Shown here: positions 1-12,617 of the stretch, in pieces | Numbering within the stretch: position 1 is the stretch's first letter | Layout: each line of letters opens with the position of its first letter | Source of the DNA: Peribolospora baueri | Lineage: Eukaryota | DNA length: 20,000 nucleotides | Assembly (NCBI GenBank): GCA_029717555.1 | Contig: JAMDHS010000093.1 | Location: 60,607-80,606 of the forward strand | Reading direction: 5' to 3' | Notes under the pieces: model-generated | The model's database searches: none | The model's input: the letters and a program-made list of their open reading frames with translations, nothing else | What the model was told of the DNA's origin: nothing | Program-made: the position numbers and the translations under genes

Positions 1-912
1 TCCGAGTTTTGAGGGTAGCCAAAATCGATGACCTCTGTGTCAAGGGATAAGTTATAAATTGGTCAACAAAATGGACGAAATGCAAATTAGAAGAGCTTCC
101 TTAGTGCGTATGTAAGTCTACCTGCCGACGCACGAACTCACCGTCGAGCAGCTCGTAGATCAACACAAAGTTGTTCTTCACGCTCTCTTCGTCTAATTTT
201 CCAAAATAGGAGCGTCCTATCTGAATCATGCGGTAAAGGAATTCAAAGACTAAGGCTGCGTTCGCGTTGCACCTGCGGTGTTCGGAGACAGATAGGTAAG
301 ACGCGGGGAACCGATCGAAAAGGGGACCAGTATTTGAGCGGGTGAAGTTTAGGAAGATCGGAGGACAAAAACGAGTGAAAATACGTACTTTGTGACAGCA
401 ACTATATATAGGTTCTCGTGTCTGGCATGGAAGAAGCTGGTGGAGCCGAGAGTGATGATGGGCGAGCGCACGTCTGGGTTGGAGACGACTTGGATGCGGA
501 AGATGTCCGCTATTGACCGCCTTTGAAAGCAAGTGAGAAATGGAGTTCAGAGAAGTGAGATAGGAGAATAAAAGGGAATAACAAGGATGAGAACGAGAGC
601 AATGAGACGACTTACTTCAAGTCAGACCGGAAGAGGCGCGAGATGAGCACCTAAACAAATCAAGTGCAGCATCTCCAGCGTAAGACAACTCGCCGTATAA
701 CCTAGCCATGCTGGATTAGGAAGATACCCAGAAGACTTTCTAAAAGAGCCATGCTAGTGCGCAACGCTCACCTCTCCCTTCTGGTTGAAAATAAAGAATG
801 CCTGTGCACGCGAGGGGCGAATGTGAAAGGGTGAGCCGGCCAGCGAGCTTCAAACCACCAGCCTAACCGTACCGTTTGCCCATGACAATGGAGGTCAGCT
901 CACCGAGATCAT
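1..912 (-). CDS. APM4: AP-2 clathrin adaptor complex medium (mu2) subunit, 5' part; gene runs off the left edge. Exons 912-904, 801-772, 650-616, 520-389, 272-142, 34-<1
   Basis: Splicing at GT-AG sites gives [83 protein letters not shown]...[31 protein letters not shown], the longin N-terminus of mu2 adaptins (AP2M1/Apm4). Confidence 0.93.
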
Positions 913-1427
913 GTTGAGCGCCCCTGCGTTACTGCGTCGGACGACGGAGTGCTGAGGCGGAGAACGGTGGGCGAGGTAGGTGAAGGATGGAGTTGGAGCA
1001 TTCTTCTGGAGCGGGTCGGAGATGGATGGGTTATACGTCTATAGCGTATACGCGTATGCGTAGTGTGTGTACTTACTATCGGAGCTTGCATATTCGATCG
1101 CTTGCACTCCGCTGCCATCGAACACCTCAATCCCTATCATCCATCTCACCGCTCGTCTCTGCACGCTCGCACCGTCTTCCGAGCTCGAAACCTTGCGTGT
1201 CTGCCAGACTTTCCTGTCGACGACCAGTTTGATTTGGTCCTGTTTTGGCGGGATTGTGTCGCGGACGACGACGAAACCGCTCGACTTGCGAGCACCTCCG
1301 CATCCTTGCCAAGGACGGAAGAGAGCTATTGTTCTCCTGTTGAATTTCGACGGTCAACCGTCGATTCGTCCAAGGACACCCTTTCTACGCCTTTGCCACA
1401 CTCGCCTCCATCCGTCTGCTGGTCAAT
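913..1427. promoter_or_regulatory. Divergent (probably bidirectional) promoter between APM4 and RAD3, with an MCB-like ACGCGT at 1050-1055
   Basis: The head-to-head start codons are 515 bp apart. ACGCGT is seen directly, inside overlapping palindromes. Function is inferred. Confidence 0.5.
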
Positions 1428-4400
1428 ATGAGGTTCTACATCGACGAGCTTCCCATAATCTTCCCGTACGAGAAGATTTACCCGGAGCAGTACGCCTACA
1501 TGACTGACCTCAAGCGCACCCTCGATGCAGGCGGACACTGTGTTCTTGAGATGCCTTCGGGGACTGGCAAGACGGTCAGCTTGCTCAGCCTCATTGTTAG
1601 CTATCAAAAGGTTCGTGCGCCTGGTGTCCATCCATCCTCAGCGATAAGGATCACAAGTGGTCTAACGTGCTACAGCTTGCCCCGTCCCCTTCCCAACCCG
1701 CCCTACCTTGTTCGATGTCATTTCTTATGTAGTTTCATCCCGATCGCCGAAAACTCATATACTGCTCCCGCACGGTACCCGAGATCGAAAAGGCACTGGC
1801 GGAGCTTAAGAGGCTCATGGACTACCGTGCGAGGTACAATGTCCCCGATCCGGACGATGTCGATAGGGCTGCTAAGGAAGGGAGACCCGTGGCCAAAGCG
1901 CAGAGCGAAGATTTCTTGGGCCTTGGGCTTACAAGTAGGAAAAACCTTTGTTTGCATCCCGATGTGAGTGGGGTGTCATGGATTCTGCACCAACTGCCCG
2001 TATTGGCGCGTGAAGGATGCCCCTCACCATAATTCCGCTTTCCTCCATTTCAGGTCTCCCGAGAGAAGAAGGGCAAGGTGGTCGACGCGCGGTGTCGTGA
2101 CCTTACCAACGCAGTAGTTTGTGAAAAGGGCCGCAAAGAGCCGGGGAGCGTCGAGCTGTGTGACTTCCACGAGGTAAGCTTGCATTCTTGCCTCGAATGA
2201 TAGCCTATTGCTGGACGCACCTTGTCTCAAGCCACTTCGACCCTCCACGCGCAGAATCTCGGCAAGCTCGAGCCGGGTCAGCTCGTCCCTCAAGGCGTAT
2301 GGACGCTTGAAGAACTCAAGGAGTACTCAAAAGACAAGGGAATCTGCCCCTACTTTGCTGTCCGTCGAATGGTGCGTGTTCCTTCTTCTCCTTGGTTCAA
2401 ATTTGCTCAAACTTACAACTGGACTTCCTTTCTTTGCATTATACATGTTACAGCTCCCATATGTTGATATCATCATCTATTCCTTCCACTATCTTCTCGA
2501 TCCAAAGGTGGCAGAGCAAGTCTCGCGAGAGATGAGCAAAGATGCGATTGTTGTCTTTGACGAAGCCCACAACATTGGTTAGTCTCCACACTTCCATCTT
2601 CAACACGTGTGTCTGCTTTCTCCCAGCTCACCTCTTCATTCCCTACGTCGCACCTCCAGACAACGTTTGCATTGAGTCTCTGTCCATTGACCTCACTCGA
2701 CCCATGCTCGACTCCGCCTATCGAAGCGTTAACCAGCTGGGCGATAAGGTGGACGAGATCAAGCGTACCGATGCTGCCAAATTGCAAGACGAGTATGCGA
2801 AATTGGTCGAGGGCTTGCAGGAAGCGAACGCCAGTAGAGATGAAGGGGAATTCATGAGCAACCCTGGTAAGTCAACAAAGGCAAGCCTAGATATGCGGGA
2901 TAATTTTCACAAAGCCTTCGTTGCTGTACTACGTCCGCAGTCTTACCGAGTGATTTACTGTCGGAGGCCGTGCCGGGAAACATCCGGAGAGCGGAGCATT
3001 TTATTGCATTCTTGAAGCGCTTCGTCGAGTACCTCAAGGTGATTTTGTGGGCAGTGCTTAAGTAGAATGCCTTTTTTGTTATCTAACTCGCTTTCTACGT
3101 GCTCACACGATTGCACCCCCGAATCAGACGCGAATGCGCGTCCTCCACGTTGTTGCAGAGACGCCAATATCCTTTCTCCAGCACCTCAAAGACATCACTT
3201 ACATCGAACGCAAACCGCTCCGCTTCTGCTCTGAGCGCCTGACAATGCTCATTCGAACGCTTGAGCTTACTCGCGTAGACGAGTATAGCTCGCTGCAGAA
3301 GGTCGCCGCATTCGCTACGCTCGTCGCCACGTATGAGAAGGGGTTTTTGCTTATTCTCGAGCCATTCGAGACGGATAATGCGACCGTCCCTAACCCCATC
3401 TTTCATTTCACGTAAGTCGGCTCGATTCGAAAGGCAGTTGTTGCACGGAGGCCGATGGCGATATCCAGACGTCGCTGACGTTATTTCCTCTGCCATCTTC
3501 CCACTATGACCGTTCTCCTTCGTACCCTTATGTCGATAGCTGTCTAGACGCGTCACTGGCAATTAAGCCGGTCTTCGAGCGTTTTAGCAGCGTCGTCATC
3601 ACGTCCGGTACCATCTCCCCGCTGGACATGTACCCCAAGATGCTCCAGTTCGAGACCGTCGTACAGGAGAGTTACGCTATGACTCTCACCAGGCAGTGCT
3701 TCTTACCTTTGGTAAGTGCTTGCGTTTCGGGATCGGCTTCCCTCTTTCATCTTTGATTCGATGCCGAATGAGTCCCTCCCCGGGGAGACTCTGACAGGCA
3801 CTATATACATGACATTCACCGAATTCTTCGCAGGTTATCACGCGCGGCGCCGACCAGACCGCCATTTCGTCTCGTTTTGAAGTACGAAACGACCCGGGTG
3901 TCGTGCGCAACTTCGGCCAGGTCCTCATCGAACACGCTAAATGCGTGCCCGACGGTATCGTTGCCTTCTTCCCGAGCTACTTGTACATGGAGAGCATTGT
4001 TGCAGCTTGGCACGACATGGTGAGTAACCCGTCGTCCATCTTTACTTCTTTCTGACTGCACCTCTGTTGGTTAACGAGCAGATCGGTCGATCTGGACCAG
4101 GATTTGAAGGGCTGACCAGGCCGACGACCTTCTCATCCAATCATACCACATGCAGGGCATCTTAAACGAGGTGTGGAAATATAAGCTCATTTTCATCGAG
4201 ACGCCGGATGCGCCCGAGACGAGTATAGCTTTGGAGAATTTCCGACGAGTGAGCATCGCCTCGTGCTGCAGCCTTTGCTTCCTCAGCTCAATTGATGGCA
4301 TGATCCCCATTGTCATTAACCATCAGGCTTGTGACAATGGCCGGGGCGCCGTCCTCCTCTCCGTCGCGCGAGGCAAAGTGTCGGAAGGGATTGACTTCGA

Positions 4401-5292
4401 TCACAATTACGGAAGGGCGGTAATCATGTTCGGCGTGCCTTATCAGTACACTGAGTCAAGAATTTTGAAGGTACGCCGTTAAATCGTCCTTTGTAAGTAT
4501 CTGTTACTGAGCTCTTGCTGACTACATCTCGTTTACGTGCTCGCTCGCAGGCCCGACTCGAATTTCTCCGCGATAACCACCGGATCCGCGAAAACGACTT
4601 CCTCACTTTCGATGCTATGCGGCACGCTGCTCAGTGCGTGGGGCGCGTACTGCGTGGTAAGACGGATTGGGGATTGATGGTGTTTGCGGATAAGGTGAGT
4701 GTGCTAACCCTCCCCCTCTCCAATTTATGAGGCAGGTAATTGCTTGGAAGCGGCGCTACGTGACATGTCATGACTGGACAACTCATTATCGCTTCTTCTC
4801 ATCGTCTTGGCTTCTCAGCGCTTTGCCCGCGCCGACAAGCGATCTAAGCTCCCACGCTGGATCAACCAATACATCACCGAGGAGCATTCAAACCTATCGA
4901 CAGACATGGCGATCATCGACGCCAAGCTATTCATCCGACAAATGGGCCAGCCTTTCCCTCCGGATACGCGCGGCACTTCGCTTTGGTCTCTTGACGATAT
5001 TCTTGAGAGGCAGAGGAGGGAAAAGGAAAGGGAGGAACTGGCAGCTGGCGTGCTCGATGGGCAACAGCAGGTCAGCAAGGCTTCCTCAGTCCCCGGTGGC
5101 GTCCTAGGCGGACCCATGGACATCGATAGTGCGAAGGATGCAGCCGACGCGACGAGGTTGGAGAAAAGCAGGTTCGCGGACGTCCCAGGCCGGGGTGATG
5201 AAGCGAACGAGTTCGACGAGGTCTTCGGCACGGGGGAGGCGCTTATGGATGTCGATGTTGAGCTTGGAGAGGATTATGACGTCGATGGGTAG
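1428..5292 (+). CDS. RAD3: TFIIH/NER 5'-3' Fe-S DNA helicase XPD (Rad3/Rad15/ERCC2), ~858 aa. Exons 1428-1610, 1733-1963, 2054-2173, 2255-2371, 2454-2577, 2660-2866, 2941-3038, 3128-3411, 3540-3711, 3834-4019, 4156-4248, 4327-4470, 4551-4694, 4819-5292
   Basis: N-terminus [25 protein letters not shown]; Walker [10 protein letters not shown]; Fe-S cysteines (NLCLHP, ARCRD, ELCDFHE, ICPYF); DEAH box [39 protein letters not shown]. All introns are GT-AG and keep the frame (2577 nt total). Confidence 0.97.
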
Positions 5293-5446
5293 CCACCTAA
5301 ATGGATGTGCGAGAAAAGGGTGCTCGATCGCGGACGGCGTTCCTCGGAACGAGCAAACTGGCACAGAGACGCTGCAGAATTTCCGTATGACGATTCCAAA
5401 GGAGATTGTATTTTTACATCTATCTCGTCCGTCCTATTACCTCTAT

Positions 5447-7185
5447 CTACTTATTAGGCTCTCCGTTTACACCGGCAATGTTCTTGACAGATTCGTACAT
5501 CTTGTGAAGCTCCTCATCCTGGATGTTCCTGCCATAACCTCTGCTCAAGCTACGAGACATGGTCTTGGTGGTTACGGTGTGGTCAGTTTTGCCGATCTGC
5601 AGAGAGAATGGTAGGAGGAGGGCAGGAACCATCGTGAGGCAGAAATGTCAACATTACTGCCTGGCATAAAAGAACGCGAGAAATCAGAGTGACACAGGCA
5701 AATGCTTACGATCTCAAACACCCTCTTCACCCAGTCGGGCACGCCGCGTATCAAGGGCAGGACGTTGGTGAATGCAGGCATCATGAGATGGTGGCTCAGG
5801 CCGCTGTCGATGGCATCATTGATGGCATGCGCAACTTGCCAAGCGTCGAGCGTCGGCGCAATGAAAGGCATAGGTGCATCCTCCTAAAGAAAGGACGGAA
5901 AACTTGGATGAATCTCGTCACAAATACAATAAAATGGAACAGAAGAAAATTTATCTTACCATGCCATCGCCTAGGGCAGTCCGGACCTTGGTCGGACAGC
6001 AGACGGTGGTGCGCACTTTGGGCGCAAAGTACCTACGTGGGAAGAGAAAGCGGATGACGACACTGTTGAGCCGGGTGTCTTGGTGTTGGCGTCAATAAAT
6101 GATTAGGCTCACCTCGACCTAAGCTCAGCTCTCAAAATCTCCCAAGCGGCGAGCGAAGCGGCCTTGCTCATGGCATACTCGACCATATACGCAATGGCCA
6201 AATAGCTAGCGGAGCTGGCGACGCTGACGACGTGACCGTGGTTTATCTTGATGAGGTGTGGCAAGAACTCGCGGAGGATGACGATGTGAGAGAAGGTGTT
6301 GACTTTGAGCACTTTTTGGAAAGAGGTCACGTCCGTGCTCAGGATTGGGCCGGCCGTTGCAATGCCAGCGTTGTCTAGAAGGCGCAACGTAAAAAGACAA
6401 TTAAGAGCAAATGTGGGCACCGATCAACACTATCAATTTGTGGTGAGCGACGAGAAAACTCACTGATGAGGATAGTGGGATTGCCGACTTTGGCTCGGAT
6501 CTCTTTCGCGACAACAGCCACAGCATCCTGGTCGGAGACGTCGCACTTGAAGTAGGTAACGCCTGCAGAGCCCCATTTGAGGAAGTAAAACAAGATGAGG
6601 ACAACCATTCCTGGCGAGCAAAGGGGATTGACTCGACTCACCTCGGACCTTGTACGTCGGCTCAGCGAGATCGAGGACGACGACTCTCCTCGCTTCAATA
6701 CCCTTCCTCCTGACCAAGTCCTCCACAATCTCCATCCCAATGCCGGTCGCTCCACCAGTGATTAGGACGATCTCCCCTCCCTTGACCTTACCATTCTTCC
6801 CTCTCCAGTCCGGCCGGTCGGCCCAGAACTGACCATTGTTACGAGCCCACCGGTTGAGAAGTTTGTTGAGAGTCTTTATGAGGATAAAGAGAGAAGGGTA
6901 GAGGGCAAGACGGGGATGGTGCTTGAACACGGCACGCCAGAACGAGAAGTCAAAAAGCTTCTCCGTGGCAAGTGACTGCTTGAGAAGATCGATGATGGAG
7001 AGCGCTGGGTGAAGGGCAGCATTGTGACGGAGGTACCCGAGGATAGGCCAGAGGAGGAGAGCAGCGAGAGGGTGGAACGCGGTGTGGTCCAGGAAGCCAA
7101 GTATGCTGTCGATCGTTAAGGGCGCCTTGAACGTCGTCGCGGGACCGGCAGCGTGGAAAGGATTGATGGGCGCGGAGGAGGACAT
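5447..7185 (-). CDS. Classical short-chain dehydrogenase/reductase with hydrophobic N-terminus (17beta-HSD11/RDH10-like), ~433 aa. Exons 7185-6642, 6562-6464, 6374-6113, 6032-5960, 5883-5710, 5596-5447
   Basis: Rossmann motif VLITGGATGIG, YFKCDVSD, INNAG spanning a splice junction, SVASSAS, catalytic YAMSK (YxxxK), and hydrophobic N-terminal segments. The spliced length of 1302 nt stays in frame. Confidence 0.9.
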
Positions 7186-7533
7186 GGCGAGTAAGTCGGT
7201 TTGGCGTTGAGTTGGGGTTTGGGTCAAGGGAAAGAAGTCGTGCACGAAGGATGAACTTTTGTACTTTCTCCTTCTTTCCGGCTCGGAATTGCAAATGAAG
7301 ATCGTCGTCGTCGCGTGGGGTTGGCGAGTAGCGCGTGAAAGTTGTCTCGAGAGGACCGCCGCGTCGCGCACCACCACCCGGCCAACACGGTCAGGACATT
7401 TCATTGTACAACATTCGTCGCCTTGGAGATCCGCATACATGAGCGAAAGGTACCGGGGAGTCTCATCTCTATCGGCTTTGAGGATGCTGCCACTCCACAT
7501 GCTAATCCACATGAGCAACCGCATGGAGCATAT

Positions 7534-10500
7534 TTACACACTGGCCACCTCCGCAGTCATCTGTTTGATCCGCTCCTCCCCTCCCAGTTTGCCCGTCTTT
7601 CCCCAGTCGCGCGCGAGCTCCTTGGCCTCTTGCACGGCGCCGACAGGCAGAGAACCAGAAGACGGAGAGAGAAGCTGGTCGAATAAGTTTGAGGAGGCCG
7701 AAGACGTCGTCAGCGAGTGGTCAGCAACGGAATGTCAACCCACGATTGGCAACGTAGCAGTCAGCTAATCAGGCCGGCACCTGAGGACGAACAAAAGGCT
7801 CACCAAATTTCCAAGGCCGACCAGCGCTCTATATACCACTTCGCTTTCTCCCTCCTCGTTCCTCAGGATCTCGGTCAAGAGCTCGAGCACTTTGGGCGCC
7901 GTCGATGGCTGCGGTTTGGTCGTCGAGACGAGAGAGGCAGAGTAGCTGGATAGCGGAAATACAAGCCAACCAAAGAAATGAAAGAATGGGACCAGTGCGT
8001 GAGCAACCCGTGGCAAGTGCACCCGCACATGTTCGTTGGAGAAGGCTCCGGGGAGACCAAAGGTGACATAAAACGGGGGCTGCCTGATAATGACGTCCAA
8101 CCTACTTGAATGCAATCGTGGCCATGGCGATCCTACCGTTCTTGCCCAGGCTTTTGAAATGCGATCCCTTGAGCGAGTCAATAATCTGCAATGCACAGGA
8201 CGAAGCAGAGATAGCTGCTGTCAGTTCCTACCAACCATGCGCTTGTCATCAAGCTCAGGACCGGTGCCTCCGGGCAACGAATGGCGGGAAGGCAAGGGAC
8301 AAAGCAGGCAGCCGACGTTACTCACCTCGGCGCTCTTCTGTACAACCTCCCTCTTCCCAGTTCCACCAATGAACATGTTCGAGATGGCCCTCAGCGCGAG
8401 CATCGAGTTAGTGTCGCGCTCCTTTGCTTCCAGGGAGCCTTGCGCCGGCCATGGAGCGGACCACGAGGATGCTTTAAGGGCGAGAGAGGAGAGGGTAAAC
8501 TGGGAGGAAAGAACAGGAGCGCAGAGGTTGGAGAGACGAAGAAGGTCGAGTGCTACGAAAACGAGTCCCAGCGACGGAGGGGAGATGATGAGTTAGACTT
8601 GCTCCGGTCATTCCATGAAGACTAGAGCAGAAAACTGAGACATACCAGGGAACCTCTTCCCCTCAGGCCACGTCTGGAGCACCACCTCCAGTGGGCCCAC
8701 ATCCACCTTAGCCCCGCTCTCTCCCTTCGCACCCTCCACAGCCTTTGCTACAGCTTCCACGTCTGCCGCCCCAACGCCGCGAGTGCCGGCACCATCGATC
8801 TGTTGAGCGAACTCGTTAAGCTTGTTGCGCAATGCGGAATAGTTGACCTGCTTGAAAGAGAGAAAGCTCTTCTGGGGCAGCGTGGAAGCCGTGGGGGAAG
8901 GCGTAGCAGGTGTGGAGGAGGTAAACGGGTCAACATTGCCGGAGCCTGTGTAGGCGGAGTCGGAGCTGTGCACGGCTGAGGGTCTACCACTGCTTCCGCC
9001 ACTGCCTGCAGCTGTGTACCTCGATGCTCCTGACCAGACCACAAGGGGAAGGACTCGTAAGATCAATGGCCCGCGGTGACAGACGTCTTTTCATGAATAG
9101 AGGTTTGTGCCGCTTCGCTCACTCACCGGTGTACGGGTCCGAGTATTCCGGCTGTCCGACCTGGATTTGGGCAGTGTTCTTGTGGATGAAATCAACCACT
9201 TGATCCGCATGGCTGAGCGGGAGCTCGTGTCGGTTCAAAAAACGCTCGGCCGCCTCGTAAGGGTTTTCTGAAAAGACAAAAAACAGGGGGGCTCAGCGAA
9301 AGCGAAGCAAGACAGAGCACGAGTTACAGAAGATAAACACGCAGGGACGGTGCCGTACTCACCATTAACGTTATAAGGAAGCTTCAAAGGTGGGACGCCG
9401 TCTTGAATGTCCACATCGAACACGTAGTCATACTCCCTACCCTCGTAGAGCTGCTTTCTACCGCTGCCCACCGCGTCTACCACCTCGCCGACCTTTTGCC
9501 ACGATTCCTCCGACGACGACCACTGTATCGTTCCGGACACCAAGGACAAGCAAAGTCAGCCAAATGAGGGGGACAGATGCTAACGAGCCGCAGAATATCT
9601 GCTCCGTACCTGATGCGCCTCAACCAGAGAACCATTCCGAACCATGATAACTTGGCCCTCCTTCGTGCCTGGACGAGATAGAGCCTCCGTGCCTGGCAAA
9701 TTCTCTTTGTTCACGTCGCCGACCTGTGAGCTGCCGCGCCCATGAAGACGCACAGGGAGGGTGATCGAAAGGTGTCAGCAACCAAAAAAGCTTTTTTCAT
9801 GTGACTAATATGAAAGGACGTGGCATGCTCACGTATTGAGCGCCTGCCCCTCGACCTGCCTATCATAAGCAGAAATTTCCTCTTCGTTGGCCATCCGAGA
9901 CGGGTCGCGGGTAAAAACGCGCACGACGCCATCGCTCGCGCCGCTGGCGATGTCGCCATTCGGAAGCGCCACCACCGACCATACGCTGATGGCAGGGTGG
10001 GTGATCGTTTGGAGGTTCGTTCCGGCTGCGAGGTGTGGTCGGAGGATGTCAACGAATCTCAAGTGGACGGCTACAGTATGTGCTCTATCTATTGCGCCCA
10101 AGCGCTCCAGGGGCGGCTCACCTTGAGGATCCCAAATCCTCACAGTCCTGTCCTCTCCCCCGCTGACGAGCTCGCCGGAGGCTAACGTCGCCAGGGAGTA
10201 GACGAAGCTCGTGTGTCCATGGAGTTTGAGAAGGGGGGTGCGTGAGCCCGTCGTCAGGGAGTAAACGTTGATGTCGCTTTGGAAGGCGAGGAGGTCACAA
10301 GAATTTGTTGAGCTGAGAGGGATAACGTATCGAGGAACGAGAAGTCCGCAGCGTGAACTCACCCGTCATTACCACAGCTCGCAAAGGCCTGACCTCCCTT
10401 CAAAAGTGTCAATCCTCGCACAGCGTCTGAATGCTCTTTGAACGTCGCGAGAGGTCGGGTAGGGGATGAGACGGACCAGAGGTGGATGTCTCGATCCGCA

Positions 10501-11495
10501 GAGCCTGTGAGACGCATTCAAACAAGAGCGATAACACGATTACTGGATGGGCTCGATGCATACATCTTGGTCACCAGCAATCATTGCTGCTCACCGGTCA
10601 AAACCTTATCCTCATCTACTGCAAGAACGGCCCACACGGAAAGCGTGTGGGCCTTTAGCGTGGCTACGAGTTTCCAGTCTCTCCATACTTTTGCCGTCCT
10701 ACGGAAGCGACAGTCGGAGAAACAAGAGGGGCGGGGAGGTGCGTGGGCGTTTGAAGTGGTTGAAGACGTCAGGATCCAAATTTCTGGCCTTTTCTGATCC
10801 TTGCGTTATCAGCTCTGACTAGCCTCACAACTGCAGGACTCACTTGTCCCAACTCCCGCTGACCACCATGCCGCCTTTGCTGACATCGATCGCGCATACG
10901 TTGTCCTCGTGTCCCACGAGGCAGTACGACGGTTCGCCCACGTCGGGGCCGAGGGAGGATGGAGAGCTAGCGTCAAACTCATAGGCATTAATTAGCTTGT
11001 CCTGACCTGCGGTCAGGATGAAGCCTGTGAGGAGAAGGAGGAGGCAGAGAGCAAAAGTTTCAAAGGGGCATGAGAAGAGAGGCACACATTGACGGCACAT
11101 CCAAAAGACAAGAACGTCGGCACGCCTACCTGTTGAGCCTTTTCCCAGCCATCCCACGGCATTCACAAACCCATGATGGCCCCTCAACGTCGACTGCACC
11201 CTGAATGAGGACGAGCCTTCGTTGTCCTTGGCCCAGACTCGGGCGGTCTGGTCTCGTGAGCCTGATACGAGCACTGATGAGGAGATGGAAGCGACCGAGC
11301 GAACCTGTTGTCAAGCGGATAGAGCGTGCGGGACGGTGAGCAGCCCTCTCTTTCACCAGGCTGGCACGACCATTCCTTCCCTCCCATCCGTCGCCGTAGG
11401 GCCTGCCCATTCATACTGATAGGAGGGGGCCCACTCACGTCCGCTTGGTGGCCTACCAGCGAGGCGGACAGCTTGAAAGGCCTTGGAGCAGCCAT
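7534..11495 (-). CDS. DOA1: WD40-PFU-PUL ubiquitin/Cdc48 cofactor Doa1/Ufd3/Lub1 (PLAA ortholog), ~800 aa. Exons 11495-11439, 11304-11130, 11024-10844, 10698-10595, 10504-10363, 10276-10122, 10025-9833, 9730-9610, 9522-9363, 9267-9127, 9029-8646, 8552-8326, 8185-8106, 7945-7804, 7674-7534
   Basis: FKLSASLVGHQADVRSV; WD repeats (SGSRDQTARVW, GHEDNVC..SGSWDKTAKVW, GHTSFVYSL..SGGEDRTVRIW, HPAISVWSV..DIASGASDGVVRVF); PFU domain (YEGREYDYVFDVDIQDGVPPLKLPYNVNENPYEAA, YSDPYTG); PUL domain (RFPALDLLRL, SEVVYRALVGLGNL). The 2403 nt stay in frame. Confidence 0.95.
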
Positions 11496-12617
11496 ACCTG
11501 CGCGTACGACAAGATGAGATGGGTATGTGATGGGAGGGAGGCCGGAATGTTTAGAGAGCTGGGAGAGTGCGAGATGGAAACGTTTCCGCTCGGCTGACGC
11601 GTTTGTTCAGGTGATCGCGAGCGTCAAGCGTCGCTCCACGTGGCCGTGATTGGTTCTGCCAAACACTCCCTCCACCGAGACCGCCCAGTCGTGACAAACG
11701 TCCCAGTCTTCGCATGTCACGTCAAGTTGTGACCAGTCGCTCTCGCCAAGTCAAACAACTCTTGCGTCTCTTCTAGCCGTGGCGCCACCCCACACGGTGC
11801 GTGTCCATAGGCCTGAACGGGGCGCACCACGAGCGGGCGGGTAGCATTGTTGTTTTTATTGTCATCATCTGCTCCAATCACCACGGCCGTGCTCGGCCCC
11901 AATACTCATACAAAGTAGAACCGACTGTTCTTCTCAATAGATAGCTATCGGAAGACAGGCAAGGAAACGAGGACGATTACAACAGGGCCCGAAACGATGC
12001 GGGAATAGCGAGGAATGAAAATGTACGCCCTCAAACGATTCGCAGAGGCCTGTAGGGCTGATTCCCTGCAAATGATACGAGGGCGCCATATACCAAAAGG
12101 AAGTTGGTCTCCCACGAACCAAATACACGTCCGCGCCCACTGCACTCGGCACTTCACCTGTTACGACTTCCGATCAGGAAGTCGAGGTTCCATCCGAGGC
12201 TCGCGACGGCGCCGACGTTTGCGAACTGGGTGGGATGAATAAAGTCTGAAGAGAGAAGAAGACCAGACGCATCAAGCGTAGCCTTAAAAAGAGGCGGTGA
12301 GAGAGGTCTCGCGCACGCGTGCTGGAGGCGCCACGTGACCCTCTCCGGCGCGGGCGCTCGGGCCTCTCTCCCTGGCCCTGTGAGGGCAGCCGAGGCTGTG
12401 GGTCGCCGACGAAGGAGGGCCACAACCGGGCTGATGGGTCCAGGGGGCTTGGGAAGAATAAAACCGGGCGCAAGAAATCCTTATCTTATTTCCTTCTGTC
12501 CTCACACTCTCGTTACCTGCTTGTCCAGAATCTTTGGATCAAAACGAAGCCGCGCCGTTCGTCACACTGCCCCAGTCCCCCGCACAGGTCAACCGGGCCT
12601 CAAGACCGTGAAGCAAC
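11496..12617. promoter_or_regulatory. Divergent promoter region between DOA1 and HOP1
   Basis: Head-to-head gene arrangement. It contains CACGTG (~11637, ~12332), ACGCGT (~11597, ~12315), CCAATCAC on opposite strands (~11646-11653, ~11874-11881) and a CRE-like TCACGTCA (~11717). The motifs are short and unvalidated. Confidence 0.4.
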
